Assembly (NCBI GenBank): GCA_040386535.1
Contig: JAZKFH010000019.1
Span: forward strand, 391,376 to 455,375
Source of the DNA: Myxococcota bacterium
GTDB lineage: Bacteria; Myxococcota_A; UBA796; SXON01
DNA length: 64,000 bases
Direction of reading: 5' to 3'
Shown here: in pieces, positions 58,242 through 64,000 of the stretch
Layout: every line of letters starts with the position of its first letter
Position numbering within the stretch: position 1 is the first letter of the stretch
The notes under the pieces: generated by a model
Databases searched by the model: none
What the model was told of the DNA's origin: nothing
What the model saw: the letters and a program-made list of their open reading frames with translations, nothing else
Position numbers and translations under genes: made by a program

Positions 58242-58921
58242 ACCCGTCCCTGCGCCTCCTGCTCGTGGAGGACACCTTCGCGCTCCGCATCGCCGTCTCC
58301 GCCTCGCTCCGCGCCGCCGGGTACGACGTGACCGCGGTGGGCTCGGCCGAAGAGGCGCGCGTGGAGGCCGAGCGCCTGCCGCCCGCGATCGTGGTGCTCG
58401 ACTGGATGCTCCCCGGCGAGCAGGGGATCGATCTGCTGCGGGGCTGGCGCGCCGCCGGGCTCCGCTTCCCGATCGTGCTCCTCACCGCACGGGACGCCGT
58501 TCCCGACCGTGTCGCGGGGCTGAGCGCGGGCGCCAACGACTACCTCGTCAAGCCGTTCGCGACGGAGGAGCTGCTCGCGCGGGTGGCGGTGCAGCTGCGG
58601 GATCGGGTCGCCCCTACGAGCGCCCGCCTGCGGCTCTCCGATCGTGAGGTCGACCTCGCCCGGGAGCTCGTGTTCCATGGCAAGAACGAGATCGCGCTCA
58701 CGACGCAGGAGGCGCGTTGCCTCGCCTACCTGGCGGAGCGGGCGGGCCGGAACGTCGACCGGGAGGACCTGCTCCGCGACGTGTGGGGCTACCGCGGGGG
58801 CGTGGTCACGCGCTCGGTGGACAACACGGTCCTGCGCTTGCGCGCCAAGATCGAGCCCGATCCGGCGCGGCCGCGGCATGTGTTGACGGTGCAGGGCGTG
58901 GGGTACCGGTTCGAGCCCTGA
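58238..58921 (+). CDS. OmpR/PhoB-family response regulator
   Basis: LLLVED, VLDWMLP, LLTARD, GANDYLVKPF, wHTH RSVDNTVLRLRAKIE...TVQGVGYRF. Confidence 0.95.
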   Translation: MNPSLRLLLVEDTFALRIAVSASLRAAGYDVTAVGSAEEARVEAERLPPAIVVLDWMLPGEQGIDLLRGWRAAGLRFPIVLLTARDAVPDRVAGLSAGANDYLVKPFATEELLARVAVQLRDRVAPTSARLRLSDREVDLARELVFHGKNEIALTTQEARCLAYLAERAGRNVDREDLLRDVWGYRGGVVTRSVDNTVLRLRAKIEPDPARPRHVLTVQGVGYRFEP

Positions 58922-58936
58922 TCGACGGGCCCGGGA

Positions 58937-61744
<2,808 letters not shown>

Positions 61745-61789
61745 AGGCCACCGGGGGGTGAACTTGGGTAAGCGCGGACTCGGGAGCGT

Positions 61790-62962
61790 CTACCCCGAGC
61801 GCTGCGCGCCGAGCACCATGTGCGCTGCGATCGCCGCCAAGAGCGCGTCGAGCCGCCCTTCGCTCCCGAAGCCGACCGGCATCCCACCGCAGAGCTCGAT
61901 GCCGCCCGGGTGGCCGGTGAGCGTCAGGAACAGCGGCGTGCCGGGGTTGCCCGGGGGGATCCAGAACAGGCGCTCGCCGCGGAAGCCGGCCCCGTCGAGC
62001 ACGCCGGGGTCGAGCCGCCCGAGGTTCGAGAGCGTCGCCGAGCTGGCCGCGCGCCCGGTGCGAAGGGTGGCCAGCGCGGCCCGGCGCCCGGCGAACCCCA
62101 TCACGGCGAGCGGCGTGGACCGCAACGTGTGCGCGGTCCGCACGACGCCGCCTTCGTCCCGCCGCGCGAGGGCGCGTTGGAGGGACGCCTCGGGGCTGAC
62201 CCGGGGATCGAGCCGCACGAAACCGGTGAGGTTGGCGGCGGCGCGGAGCCCGACGTGATGGCGGCGTAGATCGACCGGGAGGGACACCCGCAGGGGGCCC
62301 GCGACGCCGAGGGTGTCGACGGCCGCGGCGAAGGCTGAAAGCGCCCGCGTCAGCACCTGCCCTTCGGAAGGGGGCAACGTGACGCGCGCCCAGGTTGTCG
62401 CCTCCTCGCGCGTCGTCGCGCCCCCGGTCGGCGTGATCGCGTCGGCGGGGGGCTCGGGGGTGGCCTGAGCCTCTCCGATCAGCGCGACGTCGGAGAGATC
62501 GGCGAAGGCGGCCCCGCGGACGGGCTCGCCCCGGAGCGCGGCGCCGAGGTCCTCCGCGAGTGCCCAGGCGGCGCGGCCGTCAAAGGCGGCGTGGTGCGTG
62601 CGCAGGACGACGCGCGGCGTGGCGCCGGAGACGAGCAGCACCTCTACGATCGGGCCCTCGTCGGGATCCAGGCGCGTCGCCGCAAACGGAGCGGGGCCCC
62701 GCGCGTCCCACCCCGCGCCGTCGACCTCGGTCACCACGGGCGGCACGCCGTCCGCCACCCAGCGCGTCCAGATCGAGACGCCGCGGAGCCGCGCGCGCGC
62801 CGCGGGCCACTTCGGCAACACGGTGTCCACGGCGGCGCGCCACCGCACGGGATCGAGGTCGCCGGCTCCCTCGATGACGAGCTGGTTCACGAAGCCCGGC
62901 CAGAGGCGGTCGGCGACAAGCCAGACGCGCTCGAGGCCAAAGAGGGGGCGGGAGGCGGTCAC
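61790..62962 (-). CDS. CoA-dependent acyltransferase / stand-alone condensation-fold protein
   Basis: HHxxxDG motif RTHHAAFDG; PVDLRR..; LSNLG (PapA5/alcohol acetyltransferase-like). Confidence 0.75.
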   Translation of the reverse strand: MTASRPLFGLERVWLVADRLWPGFVNQLVIEGAGDLDPVRWRAAVDTVLPKWPAARARLRGVSIWTRWVADGVPPVVTEVDGAGWDARGPAPFAATRLDPDEGPIVEVLLVSGATPRVVLRTHHAAFDGRAAWALAEDLGAALRGEPVRGAAFADLSDVALIGEAQATPEPPADAITPTGGATTREEATTWARVTLPPSEGQVLTRALSAFAAAVDTLGVAGPLRVSLPVDLRRHHVGLRAAANLTGFVRLDPRVSPEASLQRALARRDEGGVVRTAHTLRSTPLAVMGFAGRRAALATLRTGRAASSATLSNLGRLDPGVLDGAGFRGERLFWIPPGNPGTPLFLTLTGHPGGIELCGGMPVGFGSEGRLDALLAAIAAHMVLGAQRSG

Positions 62963-62995
62963 GACGGGACAGGTCGTTTCATACGCCGTCCGGTA

Positions 62996-63850
62996 TCAGA
63001 TCCCGGGTCGCTTCCCCAGCGGAACGTCCACCTCCCAGCGCACCTGGGCGGCGAGGAAGGGCATGGGGCCGACGCGGTCGTTGTCGATGACGTACCAGAG
63101 CGCGAGCCCGACAAGCGTGGGAACGGCCGGCTTGACGCCCGGCTTCGCCGCGATCAGCACGCCCACGGCCGCGGAGCGGTCCTTCGAGTTCAAGGCCCAC
63201 CGGTCGCGGTACGTGGGCCCGAACCGCAGGCTGGGCTTGTCACCGCCCGGCATCGCCTCGAAGAGCAGGCCGGCCTGGTGTTCGAAGGTCACCTCCTCGA
63301 AGGAGATCACCAGGTCTCGGAGGGCCTCGTAGGTGTAGGGCGAGTCGATGTCCGCGGGCCGGTCGATGTCCAGGTAGTCGATGGTCCACGAGTCGAACAT
63401 CACGAGCTTCCACACCTTCGCCTTGACCGTGGGCTCCACGCCGAGGAGCCACATCTGGGAGCCGAAGCCCTCGGCCTCGCGGTCCCCGCGGGTCTGGCTC
63501 AGGGTGCCGCTGAGCTCGTCGAAAGGCATCAGGCCGAGCCCGTTGCCGAAGAACCAGCCGCGGGCGGCCTTGAGGTTGACCTCGAAGACGTCGATTGGCG
63601 CGAAGGAGAGCCGCGGCCCGGCGACGACGAACGCCGGCGCCGCCTGGATCTGGACGCCGAGGCCCGCCGACGTGTTCTGGAACACGATGCTGTCGGAGCG
63701 ATGGAGCGGGACCCGCACCTCCGCGATCGTGGTGGAGAGCAGCCCCGTGGGCCACCCGGCGACCGCGATGCTCTCCCGGCCCCAGAAGGAGGGCACGTCC
63801 GCAGCGGTGGCCGCAGGGGCGGCGAGGAACGCGAGGAGAAGGGGGAACAT
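62996..63850 (-). CDS. Exported protein, probable outer-membrane beta-barrel
   Basis: ATG 63850; signal peptide (APAATA); amphipathic beta-strands throughout. Confidence 0.65.
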   Translation of the reverse strand: MFPLLLAFLAAPAATAADVPSFWGRESIAVAGWPTGLLSTTIAEVRVPLHRSDSIVFQNTSAGLGVQIQAAPAFVVAGPRLSFAPIDVFEVNLKAARGWFFGNGLGLMPFDELSGTLSQTRGDREAEGFGSQMWLLGVEPTVKAKVWKLVMFDSWTIDYLDIDRPADIDSPYTYEALRDLVISFEEVTFEHQAGLLFEAMPGGDKPSLRFGPTYRDRWALNSKDRSAAVGVLIAAKPGVKPAVPTLVGLALWYVIDNDRVGPMPFLAAQVRWEVDVPLGKRPGI

Positions 63851-64000
63851 CCGCGGCCTCCGGTTGCGCGGGCTTCCCGCCGCGCGATGATCGGAAGCGT
63901 ACCAGGGTTCTCGGCCGTGGCGGACCATCGGTGAACGGCGGGCTCAGGGCTGACGTTTGATCACTTCAGGGGAATTCCGAGCCCCTTCCGAGCGTTCTCC

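Overview
High-GC, gene-dense bacterial chromosomal window with about 53 CDS. I recognise no tRNA, rRNA, CRISPR array, transposase or phage genes. Ser/Thr kinases, a sigma-54 activator, a CotH kinase and many lipoproteins with Asp/Thr repeats suggest a Myxococcota-like organism (inference). Housekeeping genes: norQ/cbbQ-like (partial), mutY, cinA-like, coaD, glmS, ppa, dusB, pepP, rfbB, gltX, acnA. Main points of interest: (1) a redoxin lipoprotein split by an in-frame TGA in a U-x-x-C motif with a SECIS-like hairpin, i.e. a probable selenoprotein (33098-33778, -); (2) an amine-catabolism cluster (42358-53871) with a PuuB-like flavin oxidase, two paralogous GNAT-like domains (one fused to a eukaryote-type GABA aminotransferase), a second such aminotransferase, an HDAC-family deacetylase and an aldehyde dehydrogenase, suggesting an acetylation-based polyamine route; (3) a dispersed ~110-bp nested-hairpin element in three copies with a conserved core and fully co-varying outer stems; (4) an atypical four-gene TPR-kinase/sigma-54 signalling operon; (5) an 11-gene envelope/ABC operon next to OmpA and Ig-repeat barrel genes. 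All product calls come from motif recognition by eye; no database searches were run.
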